This document shows, in pieces, positions 1 through 11,727 of a DNA stretch of 64,000 bases. The notes below the pieces were generated by a model. It worked only from the letters and a program-made list of their open reading frames with translations, was not told where the DNA came from and ran no database searches. How positions within the stretch are numbered: position 1 is the first letter of the stretch; each line of letters starts with the position of its first letter. Both the position numbers and the translations under genes were made by a program. The DNA comes from Octopus sinensis (lineage: Eukaryota). The stretch covers positions 46,252,001 to 46,316,000 of the forward strand of contig NC_043010.1 in the NCBI RefSeq assembly GCF_006345805.1, written 5' to 3'.

Positions 1-734
1 TGTATATATATGTATATATATATATGTGTGTATGTATATATGTATATATATATATGTGTATATATATGTATATATATGTATATATATGTGTGTGTGTGTG
101 TGTGTTTTGTCTCCCACCACCACTTGAAATCAGTGTTGGTATGTTTGTGTCCCTGTAACTTGACGGTTTGGTAAAAACAATCGATAGAATAAGTACCAGG
201 TTTTTAAAACATAAGTAATGGAGTCAACTCGTTCAACTAAAAATTCTTCGAGGCGTATAACCTGCATGGCTGCAGTCTAATGACTGAAATAAGTAAAAGA
301 TAAAAGATTCCAGTCCAGGGATTGAAACCACAATCTTACAACCATGAATCCAACACCCTAACCACTAAGCCACTCACTTCCACCTTATCTAAAATACATC
401 CTCAAAATGAACCCTGTGTGTGTGTAAGGTGCACTGCCATGTATTTGGATAAGATATTTTTTTTATTAAGGTCTAGTCCAAGACTGGTCATGCTGGGGCA
501 ACACCGTTTAAGGCAGTTTATGTATGCTATAAAACATGAAATTATATTGCTTATAGTTAGGAATACATGTTAGATACAAAGCTTTCATTTTGTCTTTGTC
601 CTCATATGATGGAGTTTTGTTGTCAATTGGTGCCTGTTTCAACAACTCTATCCACAACCTATAATCAAAGAGAGAAGCTAACACTGACATGATTTAAACT
701 AAAAAAAAAAAAATAATAATATTAAGCTCTAAAG

Positions 735-881
735 CAGACATGGGCAACCTTTCTGAAGAAGTGAGCCACATGAGACATAATACTTCATCAAGCAGGCTGT
801 ACTTTTAAGAAAACCACAAGCTAATTTTTCATTAACTTTGCTGCTCAGCAAGTCCCATAAGCCACAGTTTGCCCATGGCTG
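735..881. mobile_element. hAT-type MITE (147 bp)
   Basis: TIRs CAGACATGGGCAAC / GTTTGCCCATGGCTG; 8-bp TSD CTCTAAAG (727-734) / TTCTAAAG (882-889), the size typical of hAT. Confidence 0.8.
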
Positions 882-973
882 TTCTAAAGCATGTGGTGTA
901 AAACATTTACTCTCAACCTTTATTCTTGGCATGCACATGCACGCACGCACGCACGCACACACACACAGAGGCA

Positions 974-1131
974 AAGGCATGGGTGTGTGGCAAGAAGCTT
1001 ACTTCCTAACCACATGGTTCTGGGTTCAGTTCCACAGTGTGACACTTGGGCAAATGTCTTCTACTATAGCCTTGGGCTGACCAAATCTTTGTGAATGGAT
1101 TTGGCAGACAGAAACTGGAAGAAACCTGTTG

Positions 1132-1169
<38 letters not shown>

Positions 1170-1830
1170 ATATCATCATCATCATCATTTAACGTCCGTT
1201 TTCCGCGCTAGCACGGGTTGGACGGTTTCGACCGGGGTCTGGGGAGCTCGGGACTGCCCCAGGCTCCAGTCTAGTCTGGCAGTGTTTCTACAGCTGGATG
1301 CCCTTCCTAACGCCAACCACTCCGCGAGTGTAGTGGGTGTTTTTTACGTGCCACCTGCACAGGTGCCAGAGGGGTCTGGCATCGGCCACGTTCGGATGGT
1401 GCTTTTTATGTGGGGGGGGGAGAAATATAGGGGAGCACCAGTGGGGAGGGTGGTGGTCAGAGAAATGATGACAGGTTCTAGGCAAGTAGAACGTAGGATA
1501 TCAAGAGAGGGGTAATGCATGGTCAAATAGCGTATTGAAGAGGGGGGTTCGAAGAGTAGACACCTATAATGGTGGTGGGAGAAGCGACATCCGGTATAGA
1601 TGGAGCAAAAATATAGAGATATCCGTATTGGTGGTGGGGGTGGGCAAGGGCGGGTGCACCGGGAATATGACGGGCTGGCTTAAAAATGCTCTTAGCAAAG
1701 GAAGAGGGGGGATGGCAGACAACGTAAAAGAGGAGAGAGAGAAGGAAATAGTGGAACCCCGCGAAAATGGGCCGCCATTGAAAAAACCCCTGTATGGAGA
1801 AATAATATGCAATACAAGGCGAAGCTGAAA

Positions 1831-1866
<36 letters not shown>

Positions 1867-2130
1867 TAATAATAATAATAATAATAAGCAATATATATAA
1901 TATATATATGTGTGTGTGTGTGTGTGTGTCTGTGTTAGTTTCCCACCACCACTTGACAACTGGTGTTTATGTCCCCATAACCTAGCAGTTTGGCAAAAGC
2001 GATTGATAGAATAAGTGCCAAGCTTACAAAAAAAAAAAATTAAGTACTGGAATCAATCCATTCAGCTAACAAGCTCTTCAAGGAGATGCTCCAGCATGAC
2101 TGCAGTCTAATGACTGAAACAAGTAAAAGG
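974..2130 (+). mobile_element. tRNA-derived SINE family A, split by an insertion of about 780 bp in its central microsatellite
   Basis: 5' half with box A/B-like motifs at 974-1131; 3' half (..CCACTTGACAAC..GACTGAAACAAGTAAAAG) at about 1910-2130; both match the full copy at 4663-5050. Confidence 0.75.
1173..1406 (-). mobile_element. RTE-LINE 3' tail (family E) with (GAT)n end
   Basis: Minus strand reads ..GGCGTTAGGAAGGGCATCCAGCTGTAGAAAC..GGACGTTAAATGATGATG; the same module follows an RTE ORF C-terminus at 19292-20177. Confidence 0.75.
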
Positions 2131-2376
2131 GGAAAAAAAAGATATCTATACACACACGCACACACACACACACAGAGGTGAGCACAAAAGTGCAAAACAA
2201 GGTGGAAAAAAGTACTCGAATACCAAAGGTAGAGCAACATGCTTTTTATTAAAGCTGCAAAATTATCACAGATGTTACTCAGTTTCACATTCCTGTTTGT
2301 TGGACAGTTGACAAATGGGAGCATAAAACTCTGAGTAACAGTTCTGTGATGGTTTTGCAGCTTTAATAAAAGGTAT

Positions 2377-2431
<55 letters not shown>

Positions 2432-2439
2432 AAAAGTAA

Positions 2440-2790
2440 AAAATATATACAAACTGGGACAAGAACGTGAAACACCTAGGAGACGACACAAGAACCACAG
2501 GACGGGACATTCGAAGCCCTCAGTCATCAGTCAAGAACCAGATCATCTTCGCAATTTCGGCTGATTAATCTTGAGATTGCTCTGACCTGGGCATCCCCCA
2601 AGAGAAATCTAAGCCAAACGCATTAGATCCCTTGGAAGAAAGCTTCGAATGTATACAACACAAGGACGGAAAACGAACGATGTACACGAATAAAAATACA
2701 GAAATACGTGAAAACAATAAGGAAAGCACGAATAAGAATACAAAAACGTAAAAACAATAACGGTAAGGATAAAAAACAAAACCAGGACGT
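2440..2790. repeat. Unclassified CpG-containing element embedded in (TA)n/(CATA)n microsatellites
   Basis: Complex sequence bounded on both sides by microsatellite, with an A-rich tail-like part; family not identified. Confidence 0.35.
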
Positions 2791-2828
2791 ATACATACAT
2801 ACATGCATACATACATACACACACACAC

Positions 2829-2988
2829 ATTTATAGAAGATTGATTGTTATGGCGAATCAGAGAGTGACCACTGGTTTCATGACTATGAAGTACGTGTCC
2901 GTTGAATTGCCTATGCAACTAAGAGCTTTATAGGTACTGAACCAATGGTCACTCTCTGACCAACCATAACAATCACTGTTCTGTAAAT
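2829..2988. mobile_element. MITE-like palindromic element with about 50-bp imperfect TIRs (TcMar-like, TA ends)
   Basis: 2829-2880 (ATTTATAGAAGATTGATTGTTATGG..CAGAGAGTGACCACTGGTTTCA) is the reverse complement of 2938-2988 with several mismatches. Confidence 0.6.
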
Positions 2989-3207
2989 ATATTACTGCTC
3001 TGAAGTCTTAGAGTGTGCCTCTTTTCAGATATATAAACTGCGATGTGTGTATGTGTGTTCCAGTTCTCATATAATGGTCAGGTTAAGGCTGTGAATTGGC
3101 AGAATCATAAATAGGCATTCCTGGTCTCTGTATTTTAAGCTCAAATCCTGCTAAAGTCTACTTTGCTTTTCATCTTTTTGGATCAATAGATAAAGTACCA
3201 GTCTCTC

Positions 3208-3251
<44 letters not shown>

Positions 3252-3982
3252 GATTGTTATTGAACAACTGAAGTCTCAAAATTGAAAACAACAGAATCCA
3301 CCAACATATTTTCTGTGTAAATTGTTAAACAAACTCCTTACTTCTACTAAAAACCATACATGCACACACACACACACGCTCTCTCTCTCTCTCTTTCCCT
3401 CCTCTCTCTCTTTCCCTCTCTTTCTCTCTCTCTGTATATGCATATATATATATATATATATTACTCCTTTGCTTGTACTTTTGCTTCATTCCTCACTTTC
3501 AGAAACATATTCCCATCTTCAGTTCTAAACACACGAACACTGTTTATTTATACCATAAGATGTATTTCAATGTTGCCTACATTTCATACTGACATTGGAT
3601 GAATGGGGTTCTGATAAGAAAATATCCGCATACTTAACAGGACCAACCAAAACCATTCACATTGTTAAGATAATGGGAACAGATCTGCATCTCATGTGAA
3701 AAAATAATTTGTAATCGGAGAGCAGAATATCTTGAGATGAATAGGGAGTGGCAATGTATTCCTTGCTGTCATTTACAATAGCTATTGCTGTTTGAGTTGA
3801 TCGCAGGAATTATAATATTACCAAGTAGAAGCTTGGATTACATTTACTGCTGTATTACTGACAATGTTAGAAGATGACAATGATTAGATCCTTCAAGATC
3901 ATAACTAGAGAACATTGTTTCGAAAGTATGGAATTTTGCTGCTTGCATTTAGCCATCGTATTGGCTCTTTAAAATTCCTCAG

Positions 3983-4072
3983 TTAAATTCTTTGCACTGC
4001 CATAGTAAGGCTATTGAATGTCTTTAGCATACAATATCTAGCTATTAGAGATTGTTCTGTAAAATATATACC
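3983..4072 (-). CDS. Candidate terminal coding exon of an unknown gene (GIYFTEQSLIARYCMLKTFNSLTMAVQRI*)
   Basis: Acceptor TTTTCATTCAG at 4073, 29 open codons then TAA, about 440 bp of non-repetitive putative 3' UTR and AATAAA at 3548-3543 (minus). No homology recognised. Confidence 0.3.
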   Translation of the reverse strand, partial: GIYFTEQSLIARYCMLKTFNSLTMAVQRI

Positions 4073-4443
4073 CTGAATGAAAATACACACACACACACAC
4101 ACACATGCACGCACCTGTTTGTTATAAGATGCAGTGGACTGATAGTTGAGTGCCCGAATAACATTGTATAGCTTTGCTTTTTTTATATCAGAAACAGCTG
4201 TAAGCTAATGAAGCTCATACAGATTCACACACACCACCACCACCATCACCATCATCATCATCATCATCATCATCCTCCTCCTTTCACATCCATTTTCTAT
4301 GGTGGCATGGATCTGATTGTTTGACCAGAGCTGGCAAGCAAAAGAGCTGCAGCAGATTCCAGTCTGGTTTGGTTTAGTTTCTACAGCTGGCTGTCCTTCC
4401 TAATGCCAAACACTTTACTGTGTGTGCTGGGTGCTTGTAACAT

Positions 4444-4498
<55 letters not shown>

Positions 4499-4500
<2 letters not shown>

Positions 4501-4648
4501 TCATCATCATCATCATCATTTAACGTCCGCTTTCCATGCTAGCATGGGTTGGACGGTTCAACTGGGGTCTGTGAAGCCAGAAGGCTGCATCAGGCCCAGT
4601 CTGATCTGGCAGCGTTTCTACGGCTGGATGCCCTTCCTAACGCCAACC
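4499..4648 (-). mobile_element. RTE 3' tail (family E), 5'-truncated
   Basis: (CAT)n followed by TTTAACGTCCGCTTTCCATGCTAGC..GGATGCCCTTCCTAACGCCAACC. Confidence 0.75.
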
Positions 4649-4662
4649 ATATATATATATAA

Positions 4663-5050
4663 GGCGCAGGAGTGGCTGTGTGGTAAGTAGCTTGCTAACC
4701 AGCCACATGGTTCCGGGTTCAGTCCCACTGCGTGGCATCTTGGGCAAGTGTCTTCTGCTATAGCCCCGGGCTGACCAATGCCTTGTGAGTGGATTTGGTA
4801 GACGGAAACTGAAAGAAGCCTGTCGTATATATGTATATATATATATATATGTGTGTGTTTGTGTTTGTCCCCCTAGCATTGCTTGACAACGATGCTGGTG
4901 TGTTTACATCCCCATCACTTAGCGGTCCGGCAAAAGAGACCGATAGAATAAGTACTGGGCTTACAATGAATAAGTCCCGGGGTCGAGTTGCTCGATTAAA
5001 GGCAGTGCTCCAGCATGGCCGCAGTCAAATGACTGAAACAAATAAAAGAG
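4663..5050 (+). mobile_element. tRNA-derived SINE family A, full length
   Basis: Box A-like TGGCTGTGTGG (4673-4683), box B-like GGTTCAGTCCC (4716-4726), central (TA/TG)n and A-rich tail GAAACAAATAAAAGAG; more than 20 related copies occur in the window. Confidence 0.9.
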
Positions 5051-5293
5051 TATATATGGCTTAAGTTGGATTCACATTTAAGTATAATCAAAGTTTGCTT
5101 TCAGCATAGCTAAATTAACAGGTTACATACACAACATGATTAAGATTTATTTTGTTGTCTAGCAGTTACATTTTATTTCCAGAAAGGTGAGGTCTTTCCC
5201 TCCGGTTAACAGTTTAAACAGATTTGTCTATAGCCTCGGTGGGTTCTCTTAGAGTGGAGTCTGAGATTCTATGGAAAGTTTTATGATTTAAAT

Positions 5294-5619
5294 CAGTGTT
5301 TCCCAACCTAATTTCTCCCCAGGTCTCACTATAACTTTCCAGAAAAACATATGCCCCCCCACCAGTGATTGAAAAAAACAACTTTATTTTTAATATTTTA
5401 TCATAATTATTTTATATAAAAGAATCTACTGTTAACTCTTTTGTTAAGTATTGAGTACGAAAAAAGTACATTATTGACTAAAAAAAGGGAATCGGTTTTA
5501 GAGTTTTTCACAATTTGATGTCTCACTAAAGAAAAAAAAAAGGATGTTGGATCCTATGCCTCACCACAATTTTTCTGGGCCCCACTGGTGGAGCATCTGC
5601 CCCATATTAGGAATCACTG
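5294..5619. mobile_element. hAT-type MITE (326 bp)
   Basis: TIRs CAGTGTTTCCCAACC / TATTAGGAATCACTG; perfect 8-bp TSD ATTTAAAT (5286-5293, 5620-5627). Confidence 0.85.
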
Positions 5620-6461
5620 ATTTAAATGGTTGAGCAGTGGATTGAAGTTTGGGAATAATACTTTTGGAGTAGGGTATGATTTTGGCATGTTCACCACATC
5701 TTAGTCAAAATGCTTGAACAGCCGATACCTGTAACACTGAGTGATGAAATACAAATCCCTTCTCTGGTTTGAGTGACAAATTGGAAGACTAAAGTTGATT
5801 TTGATGTATCCCTGAATTTAGGACTAAATGCAGCTGACCAGCATAATATACATGTGTATAATCTGAACATGTGTATAATCTGAAATTTAAAGGCAGGATT
5901 GTGGTATAATAGTACATATGTGGAGTTTCATTACAGTTATTTGTCATGCAGGTTGTTTAACTATCCTGCCTGTTTGGAATGTTATCTTAGATTAACACCT
6001 GCAATATCCAAAGTTGAAAAAAATGAAGGGGAGGGTTTTTTTTTTTTAATTTTGTTTATCAGCTGTAACTAACAGGATGCAGAATTGCACTAACAGATCA
6101 TAAATCTTTAGTCTTAATGCACTGCAAGCATTTTTGTTGGTTAGTATCAGATCACCTGGAGATATTCTCTGTAATAGACTGGCACCTTATCCAGAGAAGT
6201 AAAGGTTTATTTCTATTCAGGGTTATTGGATATATTAACATTTTGCTGGCTAAATTTATAAGAGATTAAATGGTCGGCAGAGAAGCCTCCTTTCTGTTTT
6301 TTTGATTCATTTCCAAGAAAAATGCTATTTATTACTTGACAAAGAAAAATAAAAGGAATGTTTGTTTGTTTTTCTTAAATAGAAATATCAGCAATTTTAT
6401 GTATAACCAGAAAAAGAGTTTGAAATTAAAAGAATCTGAATGCAGAATTATCAACTAACAA

Positions 6462-6694
6462 AGGGGACGAGCTGGCAGAATCGTTAGCACGCCAGGCGAA
6501 ATGCTTAGCAGTATTACATCTGCTGTTGTGTTCTGAGTTCAAAATCCACCAAGGTCAACTTTGCCTTTCATCCTTTCGGGGTCGATTAAATAAGTACCAG
6601 TTACGCACTGAGGTTGATATAATCAACTTAATCCGTTTTGTCTGTCCTTGTTTGTCCTCTCTGAGTGTAATCCCTTGTGTGTAATAAAGTATTA
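6462..6694 (+). mobile_element. tRNA-derived SINE family B (tail type 1) with TSD
   Basis: Head GAGCTGGCAGAATCGTTAGCACG..GAGTTCAAAATCC, core GCCTTTCATCCTTTCGGGGTCGAT; 18-bp TSD AGAATTATC(A/C)ACTAACAA at 6444-6461 and 6695-6712. Confidence 0.9.
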
Positions 6695-7035
6695 AGAATT
6701 ATCCACTAACAAGTTGAACTGGGAACTCTGTGTTCCAAACACCAGTTTAATAATGACTGTTATTTTCTAAATTTTTCAAAATAAATTGAAACCAAAGCAG
6801 TATATTTCAACAATAATATGGTAACAAAAAGGTTAAATTTATAGGCCATTCATCTTTTCCAACTTAATGCAGTTTCCATGAAGCTTCAGGGTCTTCAAAC
6901 AGTCTTTGCATTTTTAGAATGGAATTATATGAATTTTACTATAGAATGTTCACTTTTGTTAAACAAAGTTTTTTGTACTTTGTATAAAAAGAATAAGAAA
7001 TGTGTTAACCATAGACTTTAGTGATAACTTTAGTA

Positions 7036-7257
7036 CAGTAACCCCTTGCCATATCGCAGTTCACCTATTGTGGTTTATTATTTAAGCTTCCATCGATTCT
7101 TCTGTGACGTTGTTTTGCATTTATAATAAAATAAATATATACAAATTATAAAAATGATAATAAAAATATACAATACAGTACTGTTTCTACTACATGGACT
7201 TTCACCTATCGCATGGGGTTTTGGAATGTAACATCCGCGATAGTAGAAGGATTACTG
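7036..7257. mobile_element. Tc1/mariner (Tigger-like) MITE
   Basis: TIRs CAGTAACCCCTTGCCATATCGCAG / CCGCGATAGTAGAAGGATTACTG with TA on both sides (7034-7035, 7258-7259). Confidence 0.75.
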
Positions 7258-7901
7258 TAAATATTTTCTCCTACTCCCTCTCTCTGTCTGTCTGTCTCTT
7301 TCTACCCAAACCATCCCTCTCTATAATTTCTTTTGAAATTATAATGCAATCATAGTTTCTATATTAGAAAAAAATACAATTAATTATAGGTGTGTATGTG
7401 TGGTGTTTTGTGAGAGAATAGATCTGTTAACTTATTGTCATATCCAGATAGTTGTTTATCACAAGCAATTTCTTTTTAAATCAATTTTATCATCTATAAT
7501 GGTTTTTCAATACTCATAAGACAATAACAGTTTTTAATGATTAAAAGAAAATGAAATGTATTTAAAGAATGTGTTGTTGTTTAACCCCAGGACAGCTCTG
7601 AGTCAGCATAAAGCTATCCTACATATATACATCCTATCATGTTTTGCAATCAGTCCTTCTTGTTTTAAGATGATAGTAACTTGAAGGAGATTTAGCTGCA
7701 GGTTCAATGTACTACCTCATCAATGCTATGACTTGGACTTTTATACTTTGGGGGGGCCAATAAAATGAAGTATCAGTCAAATACTGGAATCAGTATAACT
7801 GACTATTCCCTCTCACTAAATTTTTGGCCTTGTGCTTCTGTTAGAAATTATTATCTTTATATTGCCTTTGGATTCATTTCTGCCACTTTTCTGGCAATAA
7901 C

Positions 7902-8133
7902 TATTTCTTTACTACCCACAAGGGGCCAAACACAGAGGGGACAAACAAGGACAGACAAACGGATTAAGTCGATTACATCGACCCCAGTGCGTAACTGGTA
8001 CTTAATTTATCGACCCCGAAAGGATGAAAGCAAAGTCGACCTTAGTGGAATTTGAACTCAGAGCATAACGGCAGACGAAATACGGCTACGCATTTCACCC
8101 GGCATGCTAACGTTTCTGCCAGCTCGCCGCCTT
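7902..8133 (-). mobile_element. SINE family B (tail type 1) with TSD
   Basis: Reverse complement of the 6462 copy; TSD CTGGCAATAAC at 7891-7901 and 8139-8149. Confidence 0.9.
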
Positions 8134-8711
8134 CTTTCCTGGCAATAACATCAGTTAATTCTATTTCTCACTTCAACTTCAGTGAGTAAAAACAACTCTT
8201 TTATGCCTTATATATAAGACATAAATATATATATAGGCTGTGACAACCATTTAATGTAAGTTTTGTTTGGTGTTAAAAGTACTTTGAATTTAGGTTGAGT
8301 TTTCTGCCTATAAAGATGAAACCCAGTTTGGGATGTGACTTGAAACTAACTTACTGAACTTTGAGGTGTGATCATTCTTAATGTTTTTTACAAAGCATAT
8401 TATACTCTTATGATGGTAATTTCATGATCTCAGAAGTGGCATTGGAACTATAGCATTCATACTATATAACTGAAGTGAAGTAGTTACAAATGGCTACAAA
8501 ATAAACTCAACGAAGATTCAATATCCACTTACTATTTTTGAAGTATTTTGTTATGCATTGTTAGCACAATAAAATACTTTTAAATCTGACAGCTTCTGTG
8601 CTTGAGAATTTGCTTTTTTTTCCATGACAGCATTTTGCTTAAACAAATCCCAAACTCTTCAATTTTTTTCAAATTGTAAGAGTCTAAAAAAACAAAAATG
8701 GCACTCTGTTG

Positions 8712-9005
8712 ATTACAATGACGAAGGTTCCAGTTGATCCAATCAATGGAACAGCCTGCTTGTGAAATTAACATGTAAGTGGCTGAGCACTCCACAGACA
8801 TGCATGCCCTTAATGTAGTTCTCAGGAAGATTCAATGTGACACAGAATGGGGCAAAGTTGGCACTTTGAAATACAGGTACTCCTCATTTTTGCCAGCTGA
8901 CTGGACTGGAGCAATGTGAAACAAAGTGTCTTACCTCAAGGACGTGCTGCCAGAAATAAAATCTATGACTTTACAATTGTGTGCTGGACACCCTCACCAG
9001 CTAAG
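8712..9005 (-). mobile_element. tRNA-derived SINE family G (shares head and core with family D)
   Basis: Minus strand contains AAGACACTTTGTTTCACATTGCTCCAGTCCAGTCAGCTGGCAAAAATGAG, homologous to 12760-12830 of family D, followed by a different body. Confidence 0.65.
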
Positions 9006-9076
9006 CTTTCACTTATAGGAAACTAATGATGGTCTTCCAGCATAAGTCTCTACAATAAAAGGAAACAACAAAAGAG

Positions 9077-9289
9077 TATTTCTTATTTCTTTATTGCCCA
9101 TAAGGAGCCAAACATAGAGGGGACAAACAAGGACAGACAAAGGGATTAAGTTGATTACATCGACCTCAGTGTGTAATTGGTACTTAATTTATCGACCCCG
9201 AAAGGATGAAAGGCAAAGTCAACCTCGGTGGAATTTGAACTCAGAACGTAACGACAGATGAAATACCTATTTCTTTACTGTCCACAAGG
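9077..9289 (-). mobile_element. SINE family B, partial, with tail-to-internal-head junction
   Basis: Junction GAAATACC|TATTTCTTTAC at 9267/9268, identical to the one at 48540/48541. Confidence 0.8.
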
Positions 9290-10572
9290 ATTACAAAAGA
9301 ATGACTTGACCTGTTAAACTTTTAGTCTCAATGACAAATTATATGTAAAATATATTTTGTAGTGGCAGGCATGGCTCTGTGGTTAAGAAACTTGCTTTGC
9401 TACCACATGGTTTGGAGTTCAGTCCTACTTGGGCAAGTTTCTTCTGCTATAGATCCAGACCAATTTGGTGGACAGAAACTGTAGAAACCTGTCACACAAT
9501 CACATGTGTGTATGTGTTTTTGTGACTGTGTTTTTTCATACCCCCTCTGCTTGACAACCACTATTGGTTTGTTTGCATTCCTGTAATTTAGCATTTCAGC
9601 AAAAGGGACTGATAGAGTTAATCTTTGCGTTTAAATGCCTTCAAGATTTTTTTAAAGTTTAAACAAACTATACTAGATCCCACTTTATTCTACAGAAGTT
9701 GTGATTATTATTTATGATAACAATTGATGGTGGTTAAAAGAAAAAAAAAATCAAAATGGAATAAGCATTAAATCATCACCAAAAACATGTATATATAAAT
9801 TTATTTTAATTAAGTATCCAAATAATATAAGCTCAAAAATTTATAACACTAGGCATCTTCAATGTACATAATGTTGGTGACATTGTTTGATATTGTCACT
9901 ATACTTGCTGCATCACCATGAGTAGTTCTTAAAACAGTTAAATACACTTGTCCATGAGGAGATGGATCAGTTGGGAAGAATAGAAATATTTTATTCAATG
10001 ACTGGTATTATGATTTATTGACTGTTATTGCAATAGCCATTTTGAGCTGGAAGCTGTAATTGTGTTAGTGTAAATAATAGAATGGTGTCAGAATGTCTTA
10101 GTTAATTCTTGGTACAATGATGTTTTCTATAATCTTCACCTTCAGTAACAATATTGCCTTCAATCTTCATTCATATAAATGGGTTATTTGAATTATTCTT
10201 CCATTACAAAATCCATTAGACTTATTTAAACTCCACAACAACATTACAACACATCCCTTTTACAAGATTAATGTTAAGTGGGTCGGTCGGTGGGAGGGGG
10301 GGGCACTCCATCAAAGTTACAGCTATTTAAGGAACTTCATTGAATAATTGTATAGGTAGTCTTTATCATTGCAGGAGTATAGTTGCTTTTTGTAAGTAAC
10401 AATTTCTTCATTATAGAATTACAACACCATTGTTAGGAGTTGAGAAGCTTGAAAGATCTAAAGGACTACAGTTAATTTGATTTGTCATTTCATATTCATC
10501 CAATGCTATTTGAAAACTCAGTCTAGCAACCCATCCAGTTGCTTCCTCCCCTCACACAAAGCAGAAAATAAA

Positions 10573-11109
10573 TCAGCCACGGTCCTTTAGTTCTGTATTT
10601 GCATATTCATGATTAACTTCAGTTTCACCATTCTCTCTTAAAAGGAAGAATGGAGCAACTTTGTCCTCAGTAGCTGCTCCACCAAACATTCTGTAAGCTA
10701 AGAAGTGTAAATAAAAATTGCTTAGAAAGTCCATGATGTTCCTGTCATAAAGGCCACAAAATATACAATCAAGTTTCATATACATACATATGTACACCTC
10801 AATATTTGTGTTGTTCTATGCCAACACATGAAATGACAACCTTGAATTACCTTTTATCAGTTTGCTGTTGTCATCAATTTTTCAAACAAAATTTTTGGAG
10901 CGGAAACTGGAATACGGAAAGTTGAAAGAACTGAAGAACCACTTTTGTAGAACTTCAGATTGTTCTGTAAATGTAACTGTGAGAACAGGTTGATCTAGAC
11001 ATGCTTCAACATCCTCTATTTGTAATCTGTTGAAATAGTGTGTCTTTCTGGAGTCATCAGGACAATCAACAGAGAAAATACATGAACTTGTTGCTCTGTA
11101 AGCATCCAT
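10573..11109 (-). pseudogene. Coding-like reading frame of unknown family with in-frame stop(s)
   Basis: ORFs 10882-11109 and 10573-10797 share one frame: 179 codons with only TGA (10884-10882) and TAG (10818-10816) internal. A phase-compatible GT-AG intron at 10850-10698 removes the TAG. Confidence 0.45.
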
Positions 11110-11116
11110 TAATCAT

Positions 11117-11336
11117 TAGCATTTAAACCAACTAAATCTGGACCGAATATTCTTTTTACTGTTTTGCGTTCAATCCAGTCAGATCTGGCCTTTCATAACT
11201 ACACCAAAATGTAATTCTAAAAATCAGCAACATCGTTTAAATCTTGAAGCTATGAATTTAACCATATGCATGGTTAGATTCAAAGCAATATGAATAGGTA
11301 AGCATTTCATATGATAGAGTAATGCTAAAGGGTTAA
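11117..11336. mobile_element. TTAA-type (piggyBac-like) MITE family P1, degenerate
   Basis: Ends in TGCTAAAGGG TTAA; body matches 28280-28507 in reverse orientation. Confidence 0.7.
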
Positions 11337-11727
11337 GGTATCAAAAGTATTTGTTGCACTTGGCTCAATTGTTTTGTTGTGTGTGTGTGTGTGTGTGTGT
11401 GTGTGCACATGTGCATGCAAGCACTTCATTTCTTTTCCAGTTGTCGTCAGCAGTGTCAAAAATTTATGTATCTGCTGCAGACAACTCAAAGATGAGCTGC
11501 TGAAGGAAAGTTCCACTTTGAAGGCAGAAAGTTTATAAAAAGTCTGAGATAGTATGCTTGTCTAACATTTTTATTATCTATAAGGATGCTGCCGTTGATG
11601 ATCTGCCATAAACAATTTGTGATTTTAAAAAAATTCTTATTGATCTGAGATTCCACATAACAGCAATACTGAAATGCACAGATTTTAAAATTGAGGTGCA
11701 GAACAGATTCCAAATTCATAAAAAAAA

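Noticed and set aside
2524-2570. CTGATGA (minus) near GAAA as a third hammerhead
   Set aside because: GAAA lies upstream, and the bases flanking the two motifs cannot form stem II or an NUH/stem III in any topology.
3840-4040. Plus-strand transposase-like words (VLLTMLEDD, CHSKAIE)
   Set aside because: They are short, in different frames and surrounded by stops; no coherent family pattern.
4663-4740. SINE heads as true tRNA genes (also at 12695, 19394, 26003 and 60384)
   Set aside because: Box A and box B are present, but acceptor stems and cloverleafs are incomplete and the heads run into SINE bodies.
10309-10342. SECIS-like ATGA..AAA..TGAT downstream of the UGA-containing ORF
   Set aside because: Only 23 nt separate the quartet halves and helix II has about 4 bp, too short for a SECIS.
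4048-10975. Shared 15-mer AGATTGTTCTGTAAA between the two minus-strand coding candidates
   Set aside because: A match of this length is expected by chance in 64 kb of AT-rich DNA, and it does not extend.
11030-11065. CTGATGA-CTCCA-GAAA (minus) as a hammerhead
   Set aside because: No stem II pairing and no NUH cleavage site or stem III; it lies in a coding-like frame.
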